Assembly (NCBI GenBank): GCA_024277915.1
Contig: JAJRUG010000044.1
Location: 79,490-143,489 of the forward strand
Length of the DNA stretch: 64,000 nt
Direction: 5' to 3'
From: Gammaproteobacteria bacterium
GTDB taxonomy: Bacteria > Pseudomonadota > Gammaproteobacteria > Steroidobacterales > GCA-2729495
Shown: one piece after another, positions 32,619-47,650 of the stretch
How positions within the stretch are numbered: position 1 is the stretch's first letter
How the letters are laid out: each line of letters begins with the position of its first letter
Position numbers and translations under genes: made by a program
Notes under the pieces: model-generated
What the model was told of the DNA's origin: nothing
Seen by the model: only the letters and a program-made list of their open reading frames with translations
Databases searched by the model: none

Positions 32619-32906
32619 ATGGCGCTCTCCAAAAAGGATATTCAGCAAATTGCCCACCTGGCTCGTATCGAAGTGAGCGATGATGAGATTGCTGACTATG
32701 TCGACAAGTTGTCACAGATCATCGGACTGGTGGATCAACTTCAACAGGTGAACACCACCGATGTGGTGCCAATGGCCCATCCATCTGATATGTATCAACG
32801 GCTGCGGGATGATGAGGTTTCCGAGGTCAATCAGCGGGAGCTGTTCCAGCGCAATGCCAGTGCCGTGACCGATGGGCTGTACAGAGTTCCCAAGGTCCTT
32901 GATTGA
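32619..32906 (+). CDS. gatC: Asp/Glu-tRNA amidotransferase subunit C
   Basis: ORF 32565..32906. Start is the ATG at 32619 (MALSKKDIQQIAHLARIEV). Confidence 0.9.
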   Translation: MALSKKDIQQIAHLARIEVSDDEIADYVDKLSQIIGLVDQLQQVNTTDVVPMAHPSDMYQRLRDDEVSEVNQRELFQRNASAVTDGLYRVPKVLD

Positions 32907-32963
32907 CGGGCTCCGCAGTCTTTTCCAGACTACTACCAGACCATTTTTCAGAGCACTCAGGAC

Positions 32964-34438
32964 ATGCAACGATCAACCATCGCAGAACTTTCCCGGCAGT
33001 TACGGGGTGGGTCGGTAACAAGCCGCGCACTTGTTGAGCGATACCTTGCCGCCATTGAAGCGCTCGATGGATCGATTAATGCCTTTATTACGGTCTGTGG
33101 TGAGCAGGCGCTGGCTGCTGCTGATGCCGCGGATGAACTTCTGCAAAGCGGTCAGGCCGGCCCTTTGACAGGCGTGCCGCTGGCACACAAGGACATATTT
33201 TGCACCACTGATGCACCGACAACCTGTGGTTCGCGCATGCTGGAGGGCTATGTTTCACCATTCGATGCAACAGCCGTCGAGCGGTTGCGTGCTGCCGGCG
33301 CTGTGCTGGTCGGCAAGACCAATATGGATGAGTTCGCCATGGGGTCGTCAACCGAAACCAGTTATTTCGGTCCCACCGGTAACCCCTGGGATCTTAATCG
33401 CTCTCCGGGCGGCTCTTCGGGCGGTTCTGCGGCAGCCGTTGCAGCAGGCATGATTCCCGCAGGGACCGGCACAGATACCGGCGGTTCGATACGCCAACCG
33501 GCAGCATTGGCCGGGGTGACAGGGTTCAAGCCCACCTATGGCCGGGTCTCCCGTTACGGGATGGTGGCCTTTGCATCCAGCCTGGATCAGGCGGGCACAT
33601 TGACGCTGACAGCGGAAGACGCCGCTATATTGATGGAGGCGATGGCCGGGTTTGATCCACGAGATTCCACCTGTGCTGATTTACCGGTGCCTGCTTATAC
33701 TGATGCGCTGAATACATCACTGGCGGGCAAACGTATCGGTGTACCCAAAGAGTTTTTTGATGCCGGGCTGGATTCGGACAATGAGCAATGCGTCCGTGAA
33801 GCAATTGCCGTGTTCGAAGAACAGGGCGCGACAGTCGTTGAAGTGTCCCTGCCCAATCTTCACTTGTCCGTTCCTGCTTATTATATTGTGGCGCCCGCAG
33901 AGTGTTCATCGAATCTCTCCCGGTTTGATGGCGTACGTTTCGGGCACCGGCATGAGGAGGTCACTGATCTTGAGTCCTTTTACAAGCTGACCCGCAAGGA
34001 AGGATTTGGGCCTGAGGTGAAGCGACGTATTATCACCGGAGCCTATGTGCTATCGGCCGGCTACTACGATGCTTATTACCTCAAGGCACAGCAGGTCAGG
34101 CAATTGATCAGTGAAGATTTCAAACGGTGTTTCGCTGAAGTAGATCTTCTTGCGGGGCCGACCACGCCCACGCCGGCATTTTTGCTCGGTGAGAAGATGG
34201 ATGATCCGGTGCAGATGTACCTGAACGATATCTATACCATCGGCGTCAATCTGGCCGGGCTGCCCGGGATTTCCGTGCCCTGCGGGTTGGTGCGGGGCTT
34301 GCCGGTGGGTCTGCAGTTGATCGGGCCGCAGTTCGGCGAATCAGCAGTGCTGAATTGTGCACATATATATCAGCAGCAGACGCAATGGCATGATCTCGTG
34401 CCTGCCATATCGGCCAGTGGCAGCGATGGGGATTCGCG

Positions 34439-34442
<4 letters not shown>
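32964..34442 (+). CDS. gatA: Asp/Glu-tRNA amidotransferase subunit A
   Basis: 492 aa with the amidase signature [14 protein letters not shown]. Confidence 0.95.
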
Positions 34443-35858
<1,416 letters not shown>

Positions 35859-35869
<11 letters not shown>

Positions 35870-38231
35870 ATTCCGGTTCGCCCCCCCTGTACCTCATCCA
35901 GCCGAGTAAACCAAGCGCCGATCCGAACAGCCACACGGCAGCGGGTACCGGCACGGCCGAAGGCATGAGAAAACCGCTGCCGTTCAGTGCGAAGGTCTGG
36001 CCACCGAGGTAGCCATTGCCTGCCAGCAACGGGTTGTAGTAGATGTTGTAGTCACTGAAGATATAGTCGATCGTCAGCGTGGTCATATTAACGCCATCGG
36101 CCAGGCTCACCAGGCCGGCGTAAAAAGCAGCATTCCCGTCGTTGTTGCTGTCCCATATATTCAGGCGGATGCCGGATCCCAGCGATAACCCGCCCCAGGC
36201 GAAGTTATTGCTATAGCCACTGCCCCCGGTGCCCAGGTCGATACCGGCAAAATAAAGGTTCTGTACCCCGGCACCTTTGAAGATCAGGCTTGCAGCCCCG
36301 GTATTCCACAGGGTGTTTTGCAGGCTGTTGTTGGTGAAGTCACCGTTGACAAACCAGTTGGCACTCGCACCGCTGACCAGATAGCCGGTTCCGCCGATGA
36401 TGAGATTGGTGAAGTAGTTGTCGGCCGATCCGCTGAGGTAGGCGCCGTTGTTGGTGAAGGTACCTGCCCATATAGCCCTGGCGCTCTTGGCTTTTACCGT
36501 GCCCGTGGCTGTATTGGTGACATTACCGTTGACCGTGAGGCTGCCCGTGCCCGAGAGGTTGAAGTTCACATAGTTGATGATGATATCCGCGCTGAGTGAG
36601 CCGCCCGTGTAGTCGAGGGTATCGTTGTTGATAATCCTCCCGGCCCTAAGCGTGCCGCCGGAGAGGTTATAGGTGCCTGAACCTGTACTTGCGCCGATGC
36701 CCAAGTTGTTTGTCACTATATTCGTCCCGCCGGTCTGGGTGAAGGTGCCTGTGCCGTGGGTGCCGATGGCTTCATCATAGGTCGTGATCGTGTCCGTGCC
36801 GCTCAATGTATGGCTGCCGCTGGCACCGGAAGCAGAGCCGAGAATGAGTGTGCCAACGTCAATATCACCGCCGGCAACATTCAGCGTGCCGCCATCAATG
36901 ATCAACGCGCTCGAGCCACTACCGTTGAGAATGTCTCCGCCCACATCCATGGTTCCGCCGTCAATGATCAACGTGCTCGAGCCACTACCGTTGAGAATGT
37001 CTCCGCCCACATCCATGACTCCGCCCGAAAGGGTGTACGTTCCGCTGTTCATCCCGTTGCCGAGAGTGAGGTTGTTCGTCACCGTATGGGTACCGCCGGA
37101 CTGGGTGAAGACCCCGAAACCGGTTCGGCCGATGGCTTCAGAGCCGGCCGAGAGGGTGCCTCCATAGAGGTTGTAGCGGCCGTTGCCTGTCGTGCCCCAG
37201 CCGAGAACGAGATCGTTCGTCACCGTATTCGTGCTGCCGATTTGCGCATAGTTGCCTCTGCCGGCGTAGCCGATATATTCATTATCCGCGTACAGTGGGT
37301 GGGTGGGGTGCTGTGTCAGTGTCACGCCGGCGCCGCCGGTGCCGCTGATGGAGTCGATGGTGAGAGAACTCAGTCTGTCAGTCGGAGCCGTGTAGAGTGT
37401 GTTGTAGTAGTCGACATTTACGCGGTTGGCAAAGTTGAACTGCAGATTGACGATATCACCCGGCGCCGGTTGGGCACCGCTGTCCCAGTTGCTCCCTATG
37501 TCCCATTGACCGCTGTTGGCTATCCAGTTGACCGTTGCTGCCTGCGCTGACAGCGGCATGGTTGTTATTACCAATACCAGGGCTGCTGCCAGCCCCTGCC
37601 CGAGTTGCTTATGCAGAGGTCGCTTTTTCTTTATCCAGCCGAGTAAACCGAGTGCCGAGCCGAACAGCCAGACTGCTGCGGGCACTGGTACCGCCGTTAG
37701 CGAAGTCAGGTTAAATGCACTGTTTGGGTTCGTAGTCGCTGGAATATTGAGTCGAACTTGGTTAGCTTGCCTGTCGAATGCGTCGAGTGGCGGTGGTGTC
37801 AACGGCAACGAGACATCGGAAAAAACCAGGCCGCTGGCATCAACAAGCACAATCTGAAAATCGGTGTCGCTCTGAGCCGGACCCTCAGACCCATAGACCA
37901 TATACTCGTCGGTGATACCGTTGCCTCCGATCTGGTTGCTCACCCTGATCGTGAATGGGTTGATCTGAAAGCTCGATGAACCGATGGTTGCGCTGATACC
38001 GACTCCGGAACCGGAGAAATTGTAAATTCCGCCCGAACCGACAACAGAATCGTCGAACGTGAATGATCCGGAGAAAGTGTCGCCGATCGATGTGCCCCCG
38101 TAGCTATTGACCTGTCCGATCTGCGTGACAACGCCCGTGAAATTGAATGTGACCAGCGCAGCCTGCGCTCCGGACACCATTAACATGACAAAAGTGCACA
38201 CAGCACCTGATAGCAGATTGGATTTTTTCAT
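35859..38231 (-). CDS. large surface protein with two tandem in-frame (signal peptide - passenger - PEP-CTERM) modules
   Basis: ORF 35859..38306. ATG at 38231 follows AGGAG ([24 protein letters not shown]). Module 1 ends in [24 protein letters not shown] (nt ~37633-37692). It continues without a stop into [27 protein letters not shown], then a Gly/Thr/Asn-rich beta-helix-like repeat passenger, and ends in [23 protein letters not shown] (nt ~35897-35955). Confidence 0.7.
36888..37013. repeat. 63-bp tandem duplication inside the PEP-CTERM gene
   Basis: It encodes [13 protein letters not shown](T/A)LIIDGGT twice. The two DNA units are nearly identical. Confidence 0.85.
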
Positions 38232-38253
38232 CGTATTTCTCCTGTTCAATTGA

Positions 38254-38514
38254 TTACTGCGCCTGCCGTGCTGGAGAACGGGATTTTGCATAAACCACCC
38301 GGCCATCTGCGAGTGTGTGACGCTCGATCAGCTGTGCGGTTTCAAGTTCTTCCACCGCCTGCTGTACACGGCCGAGCGAGTATTTCGCCATTCGTTGCAA
38401 CAGCCACCACTGGCGAATGCCTTCGATCGAGTCGGCTGCATTGGGTTGCTCGTCGAGGTAGCCGAGCACTTCAGACTGGATTTCCGAGCGGGTGACATGG
38501 TGTGAACATTTCAT
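38254..38514 (-). CDS. 86-aa hypothetical protein (possible winged-helix-like fold)
   Basis: ORF 38254..38652. The ATG at 38514 sits 6 nt after GAGGA (MKCSHHVTRSEIQ...LIERHTLADGRVVYAKS). An alternative ATG is at 38547. It stops 22 nt upstream of the PEP-CTERM gene start. Confidence 0.5.
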   Translation of the reverse strand: MKCSHHVTRSEIQSEVLGYLDEQPNAADSIEGIRQWWLLQRMAKYSLGRVQQAVEELETAQLIERHTLADGRVVYAKSRSPARQAQ

Positions 38515-38551
38515 ACAGGTTCCTCGTTGCTGGTTGATCGTGATCATCGCG

Positions 38552-38613
38552 CCTCGAAAAACCCCCGCCGGACGGTCGGCGCGAAGGAAGAACAGTCCAC
38601 CCGGCGGGGTTTT
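38552..38613 (-). terminator. strong terminator-like hairpin in the leader downstream of the sigma54 promoter
   Basis: Minus-strand RNA is GAAAACCCCGCCGGGUGGAC-(21 nt)-GUCCGGCGGGGGUUUUU. The stem is ~17 bp, GC-rich, and followed by U5. An A-tract on the 5' side makes it symmetric (bidirectional type). Confidence 0.5.
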
Positions 38614-38635
38614 CGCAAAGACGCAATGAGTCTGT

Positions 38636-38651
38636 TGCAATCGCCGTGCCA
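38636..38651 (-). promoter_or_regulatory. sigma54 (-24/-12) promoter
   Basis: The minus strand reads TGGCAC-GGCGA-TTGCA, a full match to the TGGCAC-N5-TTGCW core. It lies 122 nt upstream of the 86-aa ORF and downstream of a sigma54 activator gene. An IHF-like TTTCAAtgagTTA is at 38670-38682. Confidence 0.7.
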
Positions 38652-38777
38652 ATGCTGCGATTAACAGGTTTTCAATGAGTTAGGAGGATCGGAATCAGAC
38701 CGGCCGGGTCAAAACGGATCCACCTGATAGCACCCACAATGCACCGGGGAAGGTGGTGCTCGACCGCTGGTCTTGGT

Positions 38778-38813
38778 GGGTCATATTTGACCCGGATGGG
38801 TTACGGGTGACCC
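38778..38813. promoter_or_regulatory. two adjacent 16-bp palindromes (candidate enhancer/UAS for the adjacent activator)
   Basis: GGGTCA-tatt-TGACCC (38778-38793) and GGGTTA-cggg-TGACCC (38798-38813). Centres are 20 bp apart, roughly -150 to -190 relative to the sigma54 promoter. Confidence 0.5.
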
Positions 38814-38818
38814 ATCAT

Positions 38819-38861
38819 GAATTCCGGACGAATTCCGGACGAATTCCGGACGAATTCCGGA
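38819..38861. repeat. 11-bp tandem repeat gaattccggac x3.9
   Basis: Read directly. Each unit carries GAATTC and TCCGGA palindromes, and the period is about one helical turn. It starts 18 nt after the activator stop codon. Confidence 0.9.
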
Positions 38862-38878
38862 ATTTTCAAATGCGCGAG

Positions 38879-39901
38879 CTAGCGCTGAAAGCTGTGTACC
38901 TCGATCCGGTGTTTCTTCAGCAGTTTGCCGAAGGCACGCCTTTCCTTCTGTGCAAAGGCTGCGGCATTGGTTACATTGCCGGCGGATCGTTCGAGCGTGC
39001 GGCGCAGATAGTCGCGCTCGAACGATTCGATCACACGCACCTTGGCTTCGGCAAATGGCAGCGCATACAGATTATCGGCAGCTTCCGTCGCATCACTATC
39101 GAGTCTGTCCGGAAGCAGGTGACACGGCAAAACTTCATCATCCTGGGCGAGCAGCAGGCCGCGCTGAATGCAGTTCTCAAGCTCACGGACATTGCCGGGC
39201 CATTCGTGTTCTGTAAGCCAATCGAGTGTTGCCTGGCTCAGGAACTTGCTCTCCAGTGCATATTGCGCCGCAAACTGAACCAGGAAATGCCTGGCCAGTA
39301 ATGCGATATCTGATTGATGTTCGCGTAAAGACGGCAGTCGAATCGGCAGGACGTCCAGGCGATAGAAAAGGTCATTGCGAAATTGCCCTGGCGTTTTACG
39401 TAGTTTGTCGAGGTCAATATTAGTTGCGACGATAATACGCACGTCTGCGGTTCGGAGCCTGGTGCCGCCGACCCGCCGAAAGCTCATATCCTGCAGGAAG
39501 CGCAATAAGGTGACCTGGGCTTTCGGCGTCAGGGCTTCGATCTCGTCAAGGAACAACGTGCCACCTGCGGCCTGTTCGACGAGGCCGGTATGACTCTCGC
39601 GTGCATCGGTGAAAGCGCCGCGCCGGTGGCCGAATAGTTCGCTCTCGACGAGCGCGTCGGGTAACGAGCCGCAATTGACCGGGATGAATGGCCCGGATGC
39701 ACGTGTGCTGAGATAGTGCAGCGACCTGGCGACCAGTTCCTTGCCGGTGCCGGTCTCACCGTAGATCGAAACAACGACGTCGTAGTTGGCGACGCGACGG
39801 ACGGTGTCGATGATCGTGCGCAAGACGGGGGCATTACCGATCAGGTTGGTCGGCAGTAACTCGGCAGACACAGCATCTGCACGAGATGAGCACGGTTGCA
39901 T
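38879..39901 (-). CDS. sigma54-dependent transcriptional activator lacking an N-terminal sensory/receiver domain
   Basis: 340 aa. The AAA+ core begins ~20 residues from the N-terminus. It has Walker A GETGTGKE, GAFTDA (a GAFTGA variant), Walker B LFLDEI, GNVRELEN, and a C-terminal Fis-type HTH GNVTNAAAFAQKERRAFGKLLKKH. Confidence 0.85.
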   Translation of the reverse strand: MQPCSSRADAVSAELLPTNLIGNAPVLRTIIDTVRRVANYDVVVSIYGETGTGKELVARSLHYLSTRASGPFIPVNCGSLPDALVESELFGHRRGAFTDARESHTGLVEQAAGGTLFLDEIEALTPKAQVTLLRFLQDMSFRRVGGTRLRTADVRIIVATNIDLDKLRKTPGQFRNDLFYRLDVLPIRLPSLREHQSDIALLARHFLVQFAAQYALESKFLSQATLDWLTEHEWPGNVRELENCIQRGLLLAQDDEVLPCHLLPDRLDSDATEAADNLYALPFAEAKVRVIESFERDYLRRTLERSAGNVTNAAAFAQKERRAFGKLLKKHRIEVHSFQR

Positions 39902-40039
39902 GGCTCAACTTCCCCGACCTCCAGCCATACCAGCCGGTGGTCCATTTGCAGCTAATACTTCCCCAAGTATTTTCTAAAGCTTTATGGCTCGATATGCATT
40001 GACCCAGGTCAAACCTGAAGGGAACTGCCCTCTGGATTA

Positions 40040-40059
40040 AATATAAAGAATTCTTTATA

Positions 40060-40061
<2 letters not shown>
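40040..40061. promoter_or_regulatory. perfect 22-bp palindrome, candidate ArsR/SahR-type operator
   Basis: AATATAAAGAA|TTCTTTATATT was read directly. It lies immediately upstream of, and overlaps, the regulator start codon region. Confidence 0.6.
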
Positions 40062-45705
<5,644 letters not shown>

Positions 45706-45706
<1 letters not shown>

Positions 45707-46062
45707 TGGCGGAAGAGCACGGTATTTTCTGGCTTGGCAAGCAATCAAAAACCGGAGTGGCCGAACAATATCTGGCAGACAACGATAAATTTGTCGCCGG
45801 AATCCGCGAGGCATGCGAGGCGTGCGGTTGTCAGGTGCAAGGGTTTGTTTCCGCGCAGGGCGTTTACGGTACATGGCTGGTGGAGTTCAGTCGGAACGAT
45901 GTTGAGGAGCGAGTGCTCTGGAACGGCAAGGATAAACAACTGGTACTTCAGGTCAGGATGAAACAGGGTCTTTGGGAGGAGCCGGCGACTACGGCGGTAT
46001 CCAGTCAGGATCTCAACGGCTTCACAGCAGGGATACAGTCCCTGTTGTCGGGGAAGGTTTGA
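45706..46062 (+). CDS. hypothetical protein
   Basis: 118 aa. The start overlaps the metH stop (TAATG). I recognised no family. Confidence 0.5.
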
Positions 46063-46116
46063 CGGATGGTCGAGCGGCCTGCGGGAGAGATGTAAAGAAC
46101 CTCACTGCTTTGATGA

Positions 46117-46146
46117 CGCAAAAAGAAACCCCGCCGAAGCGGGGTT
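46117..46146 (-). terminator. rho-independent terminator of the 151-aa secreted-protein gene
   Basis: The minus strand reads AACCCCGC-uucg-GCGGGGUU followed by UCUUUUU. Confidence 0.65.
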
Positions 46147-46171
46147 CCTGAGACGTACCAGTGACAAACTG

Positions 46172-46627
46172 TCAGTCGTCATCAGCTTTTTTTGGCTTTC
46201 CGGAAATTCTCCTCATCTGATAGGTCCAGAGGCTCAAATGATCCTGTGACATGCCCAGGATCTCGCTCCGGTTCACAACGACGATGCTATCTATACGTTC
46301 TGTTCCGATGCCTGTTATGAAAGTCAAGGTACCTCTGCAGTCGCGATTCACGGTCACTGAACCGGCGTATAAGATTTCCGGAACAAAGAAGGTGTTCTGA
46401 ACGGTGACGTCGAATGTACCGCTCAAGCTACCGTCTTTGGCAATATTCATCGTTCCTATAGCAGTGATATCTTGCGGGACTGGTACCTCCGAATGCCCCA
46501 CGCCGGTAGCGAACACCCAGTGTCCGGCTATGGCCTTAATAGAACATGGGCCACCATCTGCCAGTGCTTGAGTCGTTGGAAACATGCCAATTACTATCAG
46601 CAACATCATCATTTTCATGGTTTTCAT
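46172..46627 (-). CDS. small secreted protein of unknown function
   Basis: ORF 46172..46777. ATG at 46627 follows GGGAGA (MKTMKMMMLLIVIGMFPTTQALA signal peptide). The mature part has two Cys and looks beta-rich. Confidence 0.6.
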   Translation of the reverse strand: MKTMKMMMLLIVIGMFPTTQALADGGPCSIKAIAGHWVFATGVGHSEVPVPQDITAIGTMNIAKDGSLSGTFDVTVQNTFFVPEILYAGSVTVNRDCRGTLTFITGIGTERIDSIVVVNRSEILGMSQDHLSLWTYQMRRISGKPKKADDD

Positions 46628-46706
46628 TTCGGTTCTCCCATAATTGAAGAGCATATCGAATCTGTTAAGCGTAGATGATTCAGCCAGATTCGTTCGTCGC
46701 GCTCGG

Positions 46707-46816
46707 CAGCCCGGCGATCTTGGGGTCCTTCGGGGAGCCTTCCCAGGCTTCTCGGAGGAAGCGAGGACCCGTGGCATTGCGTCCCTGACTTTGGTCAGGT
46801 TTGCCTTTGTCAGCTG
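46707..46816 (-). ncRNA. c-di-GMP-I (GEMM-I)-like riboswitch aptamer in the 5' leader
   Basis: Minus-strand RNA is ACAAAGGCAAACCUGACCAAAGUCAGGGACGCAAUGCCACGGGUCC...GGACCCCAAGAUCGCCGGGCUG. It has GGCAAACC, a 6-bp hairpin with an xAAA tetraloop, GGGACGCAA(U)GCC, and a long second helix. It is colinear with the V. cholerae Vc2 core CAGGGCAAACCAUUCGAAAGAGUGGGACGCAAAGCC, which I recalled from the literature. Confidence 0.6.
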
Positions 46817-46824
46817 TAGGACTG

Positions 46825-46853
46825 CTTATGCGCCAATCAGGAAACGGCGTCAA
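46825..46853 (-). promoter_or_regulatory. sigma70-like promoter feeding the riboswitch leader
   Basis: The minus strand reads TTGACG-17 nt-CATAAG. The predicted transcription start (~46816-46819) coincides with the 5' end of the aptamer. Confidence 0.4.
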
Positions 46854-46885
46854 TCAGGGGTTGTACTTAAAAGGCAACAGCCTGT

Positions 46886-47641
46886 TCATGGAACCCTCGA
46901 GTTCTGGCAGACAGGGCAGCCTTTTCTCGGTGATACTGAAATAGTCTGGCTGGTGCCTGCCAAACCGTCATATATCCAGACCCTCTTTTCAAGGTCGGAG
47001 CCTAGTCCGACAAGCACCTTCAGTGCTTCTGTTGCCATCATGCATCCGATGGTGCCGGCAACAGGCGCGAGAATTCCCTGTCCTGCACAGCTTTCGAGAT
47101 TGTCGTCGTCATCTGTGTACAGGCAGTTATAGCAAGGCATATTGTCCATGTCGTGGCGAAAGACCGATACCTGTCCTTCGAAACGGATCGCCGCGCCACT
47201 GACCAAAGGGATACGCTGTACATGGCAGGCGCGGTTGATGAGCATTCGGGAGGGGAAATTATCCGTACAATCGAGAACAACCTGAACGCCATCGAGAGCC
47301 TTTCGCAGATCATTTTCAGCCAGTCGTTCATTCAGCACCGAAATCACAAGTTCAGGATTTACTGCTTGAAGTGCAGCTTCGGTTGCTTCTGTTTTGTAAC
47401 GCCCGATATCTTCACGGCGAAATAATATTTGTCGGGGCAGGTTGGTTGTATCGACACGATCAAAATCATTGATGGTCAGGCGACCCGCACCCGATCCGGC
47501 AAGATAAAGACCAGCTGCTGCACCCAGCCCGCCCAGGCCGATGATCATGACGTGCCCTGATGTAATTTTCTCCTGGCCATCAATGCCGAGTTGCGGTAAC
47601 CCGGTGTGGCGGGCGAATTGATTCGGGTCTTGCTGGTTCAT
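46886..47641 (-). CDS. moeB: molybdopterin-synthase adenylyltransferase (HesA/MoeB/ThiF family)
   Basis: 251 aa with GLGGLGAAAGLYLAGSGAG and two CxxC pairs (CYNC, CPVC). Confidence 0.8.
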   Translation of the reverse strand: MNQQDPNQFARHTGLPQLGIDGQEKITSGHVMIIGLGGLGAAAGLYLAGSGAGRLTINDFDRVDTTNLPRQILFRREDIGRYKTEATEAALQAVNPELVISVLNERLAENDLRKALDGVQVVLDCTDNFPSRMLINRACHVQRIPLVSGAAIRFEGQVSVFRHDMDNMPCYNCLYTDDDDNLESCAGQGILAPVAGTIGCMMATEALKVLVGLGSDLEKRVWIYDGLAGTSQTISVSPRKGCPVCQNSRVP

Positions 47642-47650
47642 AGTGTGCTG

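Noticed and set aside
36756-37550. 264-aa plus-strand ORF (and other ORFs at 36318-37857) antisense to the PEP-CTERM gene
   Set aside because: The open antisense frames are a by-product of the repetitive Gly/Thr/Asn codons. There is no RBS and the products are Arg/Ala-rich and low in complexity. The sense strand has a clear domain logic.
38819-38861. The 11-bp repeat array as a CRISPR array or a coding microsatellite
   Set aside because: The units are contiguous without spacers, there are only ~4 copies, and the array is non-coding. I interpret it as a regulatory or structural repeat instead.
46730-46780. Moco (molybdenum cofactor) riboswitch, suggested by a CCUCCGAG segment and the neighbouring moeB
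   Set aside because: The better explanation is GEMM-I. The GGCAAACC-hairpin-GGGACGCAAnGCC cores match that class in order and spacing. The CCUCCGAG segment falls in the variable distal part of the second helix, and I could not reproduce a Moco-like fold.
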